IMG/VR virus record: IMGVR_UViG_3300027708_000033
Coordinates: 63,238 to 127,237 of that record
Length of the DNA: 64,000 nucleotides
Source of the DNA: a virus
Strand: one strand, 5' to 3'
Both the position numbers and the translations under genes were made by a program. The notes below the pieces were generated by a model. The model did not search any database. It was not told where the DNA came from and saw only the letters and a program-made list of their open reading frames with translations. Numbering within the stretch: position 1 is the stretch's first letter; every line of letters starts with the position of its first letter. This document shows, piece by piece, positions 56,640-64,000 of the stretch.

Positions 56640-56839
56640 TGAGCCTGTTGTCTTATCTAAAGTATTACTACCAGCCAAAGCACAAAGACGTTTGTCTCCT
56701 AGCCCTAGAGTCTTGGCGAGAGTACATCAAAGGCAAACCACGTATCTACGACATGGATGTGTGCCGAGCATACCAACGAGGCTACATCTCTGCCTGGCGC
56801 CACTCGTACGCTAAGTCAATGCTCGAATCAGCCAAGTAA
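56636..56839 (+). CDS. Small hypothetical protein
   Basis: GTGA overlap. Confidence 0.45.
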   Translation: MMSLLSYLKYYYQPKHKDVCLLALESWREYIKGKPRIYDMDVCRAYQRGYISAWRHSYAKSMLESAK

Positions 56840-56879
56840 CCAAGCTGTAAAATAGAACATACCTAGCAAAAGGATAATA

Positions 56880-58004
56880 ATGGCAAAAACACAATACCCA
56901 ATTGACGGCGTCGTTGGTAAAGAATACAAAGTAACTAGTCCATTCGGCTGGCGTCAGCACCCGACTGACCCTGGTCGTCGTAGTCACCACAACGGAACAG
57001 ACTTATGGGGAGCAGCTAACGTCATTTACATTGAAGCATTCTATGACGGCAAGGTAGTCTACGCAGGTCCAAGTAAGTCTAAGAAGGCTGACGGGTCGCT
57101 AGGCGGCTTTGGATACTACGTTCAGATTCTTCACACAATCAATGGAAAGCCTTACGTTTCGCTTTACGCTCACATGGTCAAGGACTCACTACAAGTCAAG
57201 GTTGGTCAGAAGGTTACCGCTGGAACAGTTCTAGGTAAGATGGGTGCAACTGGTGATGTCACTGGTAAGCACCTACACTTTGAAATCTGTGCTGGCAAGG
57301 TTTACACATGGTCTGCAGACGGAAAAGGATTTGTTGACCCGCTACCTTTCATCAAGGCAATTATTGCTGCTGAGAAAGTTGCAAGTTCTGCTCATGAGGC
57401 AACACCTGCAGACGCTCCAACTGCACCAGCTCCAGTTCATGCAGCGCCAGTTGCAAAAGCAGCAGTAGCACCAGTTCCAAATAAAGTAGTGGCAGCTGCC
57501 GTACCTGCACCGACTGCAGCAGTACCAGTGAAGAACATCTACAAAGAACCGTTTAGTGCAAAACTTCGCAACGACGAGTTTGGCAACATGGCTCCTTATC
57601 GCTCGCACCCGCATCGTGGTCAAGACTGGTCACCAAAAGACCGTAGTCCAATCCCTGCCGTTTGCGCTGGTAAAGTTAGCAACGTTTTCTGGACCGACGT
57701 TCTTGGTTGGGTTGTTGAAATCTACAACCCTCTAGACAAGGTGTTCACTCAGTACTGCCACATTGCGCCAGTCGATAACAAGAACCCTAAGAAGGCAAGC
57801 ACAGCTACCGTCAAGAAGGGCGACTTAGTTGCAATCGGTCAGATTATCGGTAAGGTCGGTGGTTCTAAGACTACTAGCCCAAGTGGTTCTGCAAGCACCG
57901 GTGCTCATCTTCACATGGGAATGAGCAAGAAGCAGAATGGTCACCTAGCTGCGTACAACCAGCTAATCGACCCGTTGAAGTGGATTCTAGCGCACCTCAA
58001 ATAG
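56880..58004 (+). CDS. Endolysin with two M23 peptidase domains
   Basis: HNGTD..YAH..HLHFE and HRGQD..YCH..HLH separated by a Pro/Ala linker. Confidence 0.88.
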   Translation: MAKTQYPIDGVVGKEYKVTSPFGWRQHPTDPGRRSHHNGTDLWGAANVIYIEAFYDGKVVYAGPSKSKKADGSLGGFGYYVQILHTINGKPYVSLYAHMVKDSLQVKVGQKVTAGTVLGKMGATGDVTGKHLHFEICAGKVYTWSADGKGFVDPLPFIKAIIAAEKVASSAHEATPADAPTAPAPVHAAPVAKAAVAPVPNKVVAAAVPAPTAAVPVKNIYKEPFSAKLRNDEFGNMAPYRSHPHRGQDWSPKDRSPIPAVCAGKVSNVFWTDVLGWVVEIYNPLDKVFTQYCHIAPVDNKNPKKASTATVKKGDLVAIGQIIGKVGGSKTTSPSGSASTGAHLHMGMSKKQNGHLAAYNQLIDPLKWILAHLK

Positions 58005-58027
58005 TAAAAGGTTTCCGACAAGGAATA

Positions 58028-58068
58028 AAGAAAGCCCCCTGCTTAGAAAACAGGGGGTTTTTCTTTTT
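58028..58068. terminator. Bidirectional terminator
   Basis: AAGAAAGCCCCCTG..CAGGGGGTTTTCTTTTT. Confidence 0.8.
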
Positions 58069-58073
58069 ACGTA

Positions 58074-58283
58074 CTAGTACCGTACAACAAGTTCTAAAAC
58101 GTTCCAGAGGACAGTCATAGTCACAGTTAAGGCCACAATATACAGAGCTCTCTTAGGCCAACTCTTGTAGTGAGAAAACGACATGGCTACACCGACAATG
58201 TAAGTCAGAATTATCGTTGCCATTCCAGGCCAGTATCCAATGTACTCACCAAACCTAACAAACCAAGTATCTTCAATCCACAT
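58074..58283 (-). CDS. Small membrane protein
   Basis: Two TM segments. Confidence 0.5.
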   Translation of the reverse strand: MWIEDTWFVRFGEYIGYWPGMATIILTYIVGVAMSFSHYKSWPKRALYIVALTVTMTVLWNVLELVVRY

Positions 58284-58284
58284 A

Positions 58285-58566
58285 CTATTTCCCTTCGTAT
58301 TGCCACATGACTGCATTGCAGTACGCGTGCACTGCACCTTCAGTCATTTTACTATCATGGTTGTGTTGCAAGTGTATCGGGTGTTTTAGAAAGAATGGTG
58401 GAAACAAAGTCCAGTCAATACTCAAACTCGTGATACGCTCTGGAGGGTTGGCATCTAAAGACTCTTTGCAGTAGTAGCAATTACCCTTTTGCTGCTTGAC
58501 ATATTCTTCACGGACGGCACGACGTTTGGCAGTGCTAAGCGAATCATAGTTAACAGGAAGGTCCAC
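58285..58566 (-). CDS. HNH/endonuclease VII-like protein
   Basis: Q.G.CYYC..IHLQHNH..GAVHAYCN. Confidence 0.65.
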   Translation of the reverse strand: MDLPVNYDSLSTAKRRAVREEYVKQQKGNCYYCKESLDANPPERITSLSIDWTLFPPFFLKHPIHLQHNHDSKMTEGAVHAYCNAVMWQYEGK

Positions 58567-58904
58567 TATTTAGCGGCCTTTGGTGATGTAGGCTTTGACC
58601 CAGCTCTTGGCGATTTTGGTTTTGCGCCTGAGCTCTGGCTTCTTGAACGCGTACCACTGGTTTTTGACGTACCGCCAGTGCCAGCGCCAGTTGATTGGTT
58701 CTCGCTTTGCGGCGTGTTTTCCCATGTCTTTATCCCTTCAATTCCTGCTATTAGTTTCTCTACGTCCATTGTTTTGTTTATTCTGCCAGCTTTTAGTTCA
58801 GCCTCGACCCATTTTAGGATGTCGTACTTTAGTTTAAAAGCTCCGCTCCGCTGTGCCATCTTTTGCATTTCGCTAAGCTGGTCATAGATTGGTGTGTCAC
58901 TCAT
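58566..58904 (-). CDS. Hypothetical protein with basic low-complexity tail
   Basis: Coupled ORF. Confidence 0.5.
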   Translation of the reverse strand: MSDTPIYDQLSEMQKMAQRSGAFKLKYDILKWVEAELKAGRINKTMDVEKLIAGIEGIKTWENTPQSENQSTGAGTGGTSKTSGTRSRSQSSGAKPKSPRAGSKPTSPKAAK

Positions 58905-59073
58905 TCGGTTCTCCTTTGATAATTGCAATTGCCCATGGAGAGCAAGCAGAGTCTGCTTCCTCAAACTTCTTGATAAGACGCTCGTGTTCTTCTTTTACGA
59001 TAACTTCGACTTGTTTTTGTTTACAGCAAACACATTCTGGTCCTGTGTAGTAAGGTTCCTTGAAGTCTCTCAT
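58897..59073 (-). CDS. Small hypothetical protein
   Basis: Coupled ORF. Confidence 0.4.
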   Translation of the reverse strand: MRDFKEPYYTGPECVCCKQKQVEVIVKEEHERLIKKFEEADSACSPWAIAIIKGEPNE

Positions 59074-59208
59074 TCGTGGACCTCGCAAGCCATAATTGCT
59101 GCACTTTCTGTAGTGTAGTTACTCCAACAGTCGCCAGTCGAATTTGATATTATGGCAAGCACTATACCAACCATTATTAGAAACAACGCCATAGCAGCGC
59201 ATGCAAAT

Positions 59209-59457
59209 CTAGTTCTTCCAGTCACGGTTTAGTCCGTCCTTTACTCCGATAGGCCGACCACGGCCGTCCCACATCACGTGCTTTTTTACGAACAACCAAA
59301 AATCGTCGTAGTCTATCGGATGATTTTTTAGTCTAACTCCACCTCGATTAGGTGTAGTTCCTTTTTCTTGGTGGTAGTGCTTATAGCACGGACCACTTTT
59401 TCTATGAGATACTTTTTCACAATCATCGTGACTGCAGGTGCCACGTACTTCGCTCAC
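59209..59457 (-). CDS. Small zinc-knuckle protein
   Basis: CSHDDC..CYKHY. Confidence 0.55.
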   Translation of the reverse strand: MSEVRGTCSHDDCEKVSHRKSGPCYKHYHQEKGTTPNRGGVRLKNHPIDYDDFWLFVKKHVMWDGRGRPIGVKDGLNRDWKN

Positions 59458-59780
59458 TACTTAACCAACCTGTCTTGTGTTCGCATTCCAGTGCAAAGAT
59501 GAATCGCAAAATCGTGTCCTCGTTGTGCGTCTTCTAAACTGGTGTACTGCTTCATATAACCTGTTTCTGGACCGCCAAAAATCATTGTCTCAAACACAGG
59601 CTTTCCTTCTGGCGCTGACCTAGAACCTGGAAGCCATACCGTTGAAACTTCAATGCGCTCCTCGCCTTCTATGTGGGCGACTTGTGTTTTCTTTATTCGG
59701 CAGTAACTTTGGTCAATAGAGAGTTCAATCATCTCTTCGTGAGTTATTTTCTTGCCGTACTTGTCTACGTATTCTGTCAT
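59457..59780 (-). CDS. Phage hypothetical protein
   Basis: VSTVWL..FETMIFGG..Y...A..GH; preceded by TATAAT and ATGACGAAAGGA. Confidence 0.7.
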   Translation of the reverse strand: MTEYVDKYGKKITHEEMIELSIDQSYCRIKKTQVAHIEGEERIEVSTVWLPGSRSAPEGKPVFETMIFGGPETGYMKQYTSLEDAQRGHDFAIHLCTGMRTQDRLVK

Positions 59781-59827
59781 GCGTGTCCTTTCGTCATTAC
59801 TATTATACCTCTAAACCAGCTAAAACA

Positions 59828-60022
59828 TCACTTTTCATCACGGTATTTAGAAGCAAACATCATACCCACAATCATGGCAGACGCCAGAACAAGTCCGACT
59901 TGAGCAACGGCCCAGAACAATCTTCCACTGTCGCCAAACATAAATGACAGTCCAGTGACAACTATCTCACCAGACATAAAGACGATGACCATTGCAGTTA
60001 AGACGTCGCGCAACCTACTCAT
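59828..60022 (-). CDS. Small membrane protein
   Basis: Two TM segments; SD GGAAAGG. Confidence 0.5.
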   Translation of the reverse strand: MSRLRDVLTAMVIVFMSGEIVVTGLSFMFGDSGRLFWAVAQVGLVLASAMIVGMMFASKYRDEK

Positions 60023-60074
60023 GGTGCTACCTTTCCATTCTGAGCGAAATTGAATTTTCATAAGGTTAACTCTA

Positions 60075-61235
60075 TTACAGAGACTTCTCAGCGGACACAA
60101 TTCGCCCGACAATTATAGGTAAGTACTCATCAGTCATTTCAATTCCAATGAACTTACAGTTCTCAAGAATTGCAGCTTTGCCAGTTGAACCTGAACCTGT
60201 AAACGGGTCTAGAACTATCCCGCCAACTGGAGTCACCAGTTTGACTAACTGACGCATTAGTGAAGTTGGCTTGACTGTCGGGTGCTCGTTCTTGAAGTCT
60301 AGTCCTTCACTTCTATCTTTAGCGTTAGCCTTAGCAACGTAGAAGAACCTAGACGCGCCGCCTTCATCGGCAGGTCCTGGCACCGATTTGTACTCTGCGC
60401 CGACGGCATCTCCCCAAGGCTTTGCGCCACCAACAAAGCGATTTATCTTGCCGCCTGATTTCGTGAATCCACTTTGGTCATCTACTAGCGGTGCAGTAAA
60501 CTCATCTAGCACTACGTTAGCTGGCCAGCGCCCGAGACTTTTTAGTTTCTCTAAGGCTTCTTGTTGCTCAGGCGATTCACTAACACGTGCGCGCCATTCT
60601 TCTTCAGACTCACCATTGCGCCTAGTCGACAACTTAGTGATTGGAATCCCTTTGACGTTGTCGAAGTTCTCACCTTCTCTTGCTGGTACCCTGGTACCGT
60701 CAATGTTTAGCCCACCGACTCCCCACTTAGACACATTTGCAATAACAGTTCCGTCTAAAGGCTTTCGTGCCAAGACAATTGGTTCCACACATGGTTTTAG
60801 TGCAGTTCCCCAACCTTCCCAATCTTTAGAGTCGCCTTCTCCTTTAGCCATTGCTTTTGCAATGTTGTGAGACTTTGGAAAAGCCTTGCCGTAAATCCAC
60901 ATGATGTTGTCACGAATTTCAAACCCTGCGTCTTCAATAGCAACAGCCATTCTATGCCAAGTCCTTGTGCCACCAAACGATAGTAAATGGCCCCCGGGTT
61001 TTAGCACTCTAAGGCATTCTTGCCATAGTTCAGGGTTGAACGCAATGCCAGTGGCGTCCCAAGTGTTTCCCATGAACCCGCCTTTAGAACCTTTGCCACT
61101 AGTCAAGTCGTACGGAGGGTCGGTGACTATAGAGTCTACAGAGTTATCAGCAAGTCTCTTGAGAACGTCTAAGCAGTTGCCGCTATAGACTACTGCACTG
61201 TCGCTAGCATAATGTGGTTCGTATGTATCCGTCAT
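60075..61235 (-). CDS. DNA N6-adenine/N4-cytosine methyltransferase (beta class)
   Basis: DSIVTDPPY; HPTVKP; VLDPFTGSGSTG. Confidence 0.92.
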   Translation of the reverse strand: MTDTYEPHYASDSAVVYSGNCLDVLKRLADNSVDSIVTDPPYDLTSGKGSKGGFMGNTWDATGIAFNPELWQECLRVLKPGGHLLSFGGTRTWHRMAVAIEDAGFEIRDNIMWIYGKAFPKSHNIAKAMAKGEGDSKDWEGWGTALKPCVEPIVLARKPLDGTVIANVSKWGVGGLNIDGTRVPAREGENFDNVKGIPITKLSTRRNGESEEEWRARVSESPEQQEALEKLKSLGRWPANVVLDEFTAPLVDDQSGFTKSGGKINRFVGGAKPWGDAVGAEYKSVPGPADEGGASRFFYVAKANAKDRSEGLDFKNEHPTVKPTSLMRQLVKLVTPVGGIVLDPFTGSGSTGKAAILENCKFIGIEMTDEYLPIIVGRIVSAEKSL

Positions 61236-61259
61236 GGTCTAATCATATACAATAGGTAC

Positions 61260-61949
61260 ATGATTGCTAAAGATGAAACGATTCACATTGTATGGCCTCA
61301 CCACGGAGAAATTGACAACGGCTTTGCTATTAGTCTTTTAGACCTTGTGACCAAAAGTGGACGAAAACTTACATACAACTCAATGCTAGGTCTAGGCCTG
61401 CTTGCTAAGACTAGAAACATGCTAGTAAAGTCATTTCTAGATGACACTACAGCCGACTGGCTGTTCATGGTCGATGGTGACGAATTTGCAAGTCTAGACG
61501 CTTTTGATAAACTTGCTCGCGCCGCAGACGCTAAAAAGGTGCCAATTATCTCAGGTCTATGCTTTGGCAACAAAAGCCCTGTTGATTTAGAACCGTCTCC
61601 GTGCATCTTTATCTTCAACGAGGCCAAGAACTTTGTGCCATACTACGAGTACCCTGAAGATAAGGTCGTGCCTATTGCAGCAGCCGGAGCTGGTTGTCTA
61701 CTCATCCATCGCTCTGTGCTAGAGGCAGTACGCAAGCAGGAAGAAGAGATGTCTGGCAAAGACTGGGCTTGGTTCCAAGATGGACCAGCTGGTAACAACA
61801 CCTGGCTAAGTGAGGATTTGATGTTCTCGCTACGAGTAGTTGCTGCTGGTTACCAGATGCATGCACACACTGGCGCAGTCTTCCCACATCACAAGAACTT
61901 GTGGCTAACTGATAAGCACTACAAACAGTTTACTACTAATCCTAATTAG
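61260..61949 (+). CDS. GT-A fold glycosyltransferase, leaderless
   Basis: RN.LV..FL..WLFMVDGDE; AGAGCLLIHR; SEDLMF. Confidence 0.8.
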   Translation: MIAKDETIHIVWPHHGEIDNGFAISLLDLVTKSGRKLTYNSMLGLGLLAKTRNMLVKSFLDDTTADWLFMVDGDEFASLDAFDKLARAADAKKVPIISGLCFGNKSPVDLEPSPCIFIFNEAKNFVPYYEYPEDKVVPIAAAGAGCLLIHRSVLEAVRKQEEEMSGKDWAWFQDGPAGNNTWLSEDLMFSLRVVAAGYQMHAHTGAVFPHHKNLWLTDKHYKQFTTNPN

Positions 61950-62164
61950 TCGTTAAGTATTCTTAGGACTGCGATAGAAGTCCACGGAACAAACACTGTC
62001 TGAGTAGGCTCAGTAGTATCAACAAAGATACCCTTGTCATTCTCAAAAGAAACAAATCCTGTCACTTCGTCAATTGACCCGCCAATGTTGTCAATCTGAA
62101 CTATCTTTCCAGTGAGTCGGTACTTTGCCATTTTTTCCATGTGGCCTAGTAAAGTGCTGTTCAT
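61946..62164 (-). CDS. Small hypothetical protein
   Basis: TVFVPWTSI; SD GGAG. Confidence 0.5.
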   Translation of the reverse strand: MNSTLLGHMEKMAKYRLTGKIVQIDNIGGSIDEVTGFVSFENDKGIFVDTTEPTQTVFVPWTSIAVLRILND

Positions 62165-62192
62165 AATTTATCTCCTGTCTAAACGTATTTCG

Positions 62193-62265
62193 AGCCTCGA
62201 GCAGGACTTGAACCCGCCACCTACGCATTACAAGTGCGTTGCTCTACCAGATGAGCTATCGAGGC
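62193..62265 (-). tRNA. tRNA-Thr(UGU)
   Basis: GCCTCGA/TCGAGGC acceptor, AGCTCA..GGTAGAGC D arm, ACGCA-CTTGTAA-TGCGT anticodon arm, GGTTCAAGTCC T arm; no encoded CCA. Confidence 0.93.
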
Positions 62266-62368
62266 AATACTTCTATTTTACTGCTTTTTGCGTAATTCCT
62301 TGTAGCACTCAGGGCAAACGCTACCGCTAAACCAAATCCTATGCTTTCTGCATGGATAGTATCCACGT

Positions 62369-63115
62369 CTACTCTTTGCCATCGATGTCTCTCCATGGTA
62401 GTTGGTTGTCACCATACATCGCTCGAACCTGCGCGTTTCCTTGTTCAAACATCTCAATCTTTACAGAACCTTCGTTGCCACCAAGTCTGTAGTACAACGT
62501 GCTTAACCCGCTGCAAGCAAAGTTCTCGTGCCCTAATGATTGAGTCACTAGTTCTAGAAAGCGACGGTCTCCACCCCAACCCCAGTTCCAGAAGTGTCCT
62601 GTAGACCGAGCAAACTTATTCGTGAAGAAATAGGCACTCGTATCGATAAGGTGTCCAAGCTTCTCATTGCCACCTATTGGCCACCAGCCTAGTGACTCAC
62701 AATCGTCTTCGCAAAGGAACTTGCCTTCCTTAGAGAAAATCTTCCTTAGCGAGTACGCCCAATCGTAGCCACCGGTTTCAATGACTCGGACTAGAGAGCT
62801 CACGTGGTTAGGTGCAATCATGTTGTCTTGGTCTAAGAACATCACATAGTCTTGATTGACTACATAACTAGCTGCCGCCATGACTCGCCCACCGTACCAC
62901 TTGTCTTGCCCAGTGTTCCAAGGCAGAACTAGAACTGTAACAGGTGAGTCGACGTCAAGACGCCACAGCAAATCTCTGACAGCTTTTTCATGCTCAGCAC
63001 CATCGACAACTATAAGATGCTCAACGTTTGGATAGTCTTGCTGCATCACTGAACGGACACAGCTCTCAAGTTCGTTTGCCCCTGTTGTTGGAGTTATCAC
63101 TACGACTGACTTCAT
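62369..63115 (-). CDS. Family 2 glycosyltransferase
   Basis: VITPTTG..SV..Q.Y..VVDG; FLDQDN; IDTS; GGDR. Confidence 0.85.
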   Translation of the reverse strand: MKSVVVITPTTGANELESCVRSVMQQDYPNVEHLIVVDGAEHEKAVRDLLWRLDVDSPVTVLVLPWNTGQDKWYGGRVMAAASYVVNQDYVMFLDQDNMIAPNHVSSLVRVIETGGYDWAYSLRKIFSKEGKFLCEDDCESLGWWPIGGNEKLGHLIDTSAYFFTNKFARSTGHFWNWGWGGDRRFLELVTQSLGHENFACSGLSTLYYRLGGNEGSVKIEMFEQGNAQVRAMYGDNQLPWRDIDGKE

Positions 63116-63119
63116 TGTT

Positions 63120-63812
63120 TTACTCTAGCATCTCAAGCAAGTTTTTCACAGTTGTTGGATACCATTTTCCACCATTCTGTCCCTTTACCTCATCACGGTT
63201 CAAGCCCTCGGCAATTTTGTTGTAACTAAAACCTAACACTCTTTCACGTTTCACGCGCTCGCGAATCTCTTCAGGTGTCTTATTCTTTGGTCCCATGTCA
63301 ACACCCCAGACAACACCTCTCTTACGACGGTCATCGTGTATGTCTCGTTGACGCGCAGCAATGATGTTTCGTTCCATCTCAGCCAAGGCTGACATAATCG
63401 TCACAACAAACCTGCCTTGGTAAGTCGAGGTGTCTAAGTTTAGGTCTAGCAGCACAAGTCGCCAGCTGTTCTTATTGGCACGGTCTACAATGTCTAGGAA
63501 GTCTGTCGTTGAACGGGCAAGTCTGTCAATGCGAGTAACGAACAGTGCTTGCGCGTCTCCGGTCTCTAGCCTTTTCAACGCCGCTGTCAAAGCAGGCCTG
63601 CCTGAGATACTTTTACCTGAGCGACCTTCTTCACGGATTAGTTCATGTCTAGTAAAGCCTGCAAACTCTGCAGCTTGAATCAGCGAGCGTTCTTGAACGT
63701 CGAGAGACATACCGTCATTGACCTGCATCTGCGTTGAGACACGTGCGTAGAGTAAGGCAAGTCCTAGGTCCTTAGTCAATAGCCTTTTCTCCGCCAATAA
63801 GGTATATGGCAT
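63120..63812 (-). CDS. Serine recombinase (resolvase catalytic domain plus short recombinase domain)
   Basis: YARVST..Q..SGKS..RP..RIDRLARS..AEMER; IAEGLN..GGKWYPTTV. Confidence 0.9.
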   Translation of the reverse strand: MPYTLLAEKRLLTKDLGLALLYARVSTQMQVNDGMSLDVQERSLIQAAEFAGFTRHELIREEGRSGKSISGRPALTAALKRLETGDAQALFVTRIDRLARSTTDFLDIVDRANKNSWRLVLLDLNLDTSTYQGRFVVTIMSALAEMERNIIAARQRDIHDDRRKRGVVWGVDMGPKNKTPEEIRERVKRERVLGFSYNKIAEGLNRDEVKGQNGGKWYPTTVKNLLEMLE

Positions 63813-63972
63813 GCTCTAGTCCCTGAATGTACTCAGGTCTGCCGGTCCAAAGTTCTAGTAGAGTTTCACGCTCTTTTAGTAGCATCTTTAGGATTTGTTC
63901 CTGACGCTTTTTCTCGCCACTCTCTTGTATTTCAAAGACACGTCTTTGGAAGTCGTCTAGTCCTGTGGTCAT
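63772..63972 (-). CDS. Small hypothetical protein
   Basis: 66-aa ORF with SD. Confidence 0.45.
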   Translation of the reverse strand: MTTGLDDFQRRVFEIQESGEKKRQEQILKMLLKERETLLELWTGRPEYIQGLEHAIYLIGGEKAID

Positions 63973-64000
63973 TTGTTTTCTTCCTGCAATTCGTCCAGTC

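Noticed and set aside
62193-63812. tRNA-Thr as attP for the recombinase
   Set aside because: tRNA targeting is typical of tyrosine integrases; this is a short serine recombinase and no duplicated tRNA end is visible
1-64000. Stop-codon reassignment suggested by abundant CTAG/TAG
   Set aside because: Genes are long and intact in the standard code, TAG ends several tightly coupled genes, and no suppressor tRNA is seen

Overview
This window is a 64-kb segment of a large tailed phage. The host is very probably an actinobacterium, judging by the ClgR-like regulator, actinophage-type portal and prohead protease, leaderless promoters and MtrA/PafBC-like boxes; a freshwater Microbacteriaceae host is plausible but unproven. 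From 1 to 21.2 kb is a minus-strand head module: a >1500-aa protease/scaffold fusion that the ORF track misses, a 3599-aa multi-enzyme protein (DEDDh exonuclease, PARP-like ART, PI3K/HipA-like kinase, WYL, DarT-like ART), Dps and the portal. From 21.6 to 44.1 kb are about 45 short early-type genes built as repeated promoter/hairpin/AAACGACGAA/SD cassettes converging on terL. From 44 to 64 kb are a repeat array, a TerS-like gene, thymidine-hypermodification genes, a PA14 coiled-coil protein, lysis genes, a DNA methyltransferase, glycosyltransferases, tRNA-Thr and a serine recombinase. The best candidate for a new system is a 3'UTR RNA at 35757-35862. Its two perfect hairpins both display the loop UUUCUUCGUCGUUU, which is complementary to the AAACGACGAA-SD leader shared by more than 20 early mRNAs, suggesting a phage-encoded multi-target translational switch. 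All assignments come from reading motifs by eye; no searches were run.
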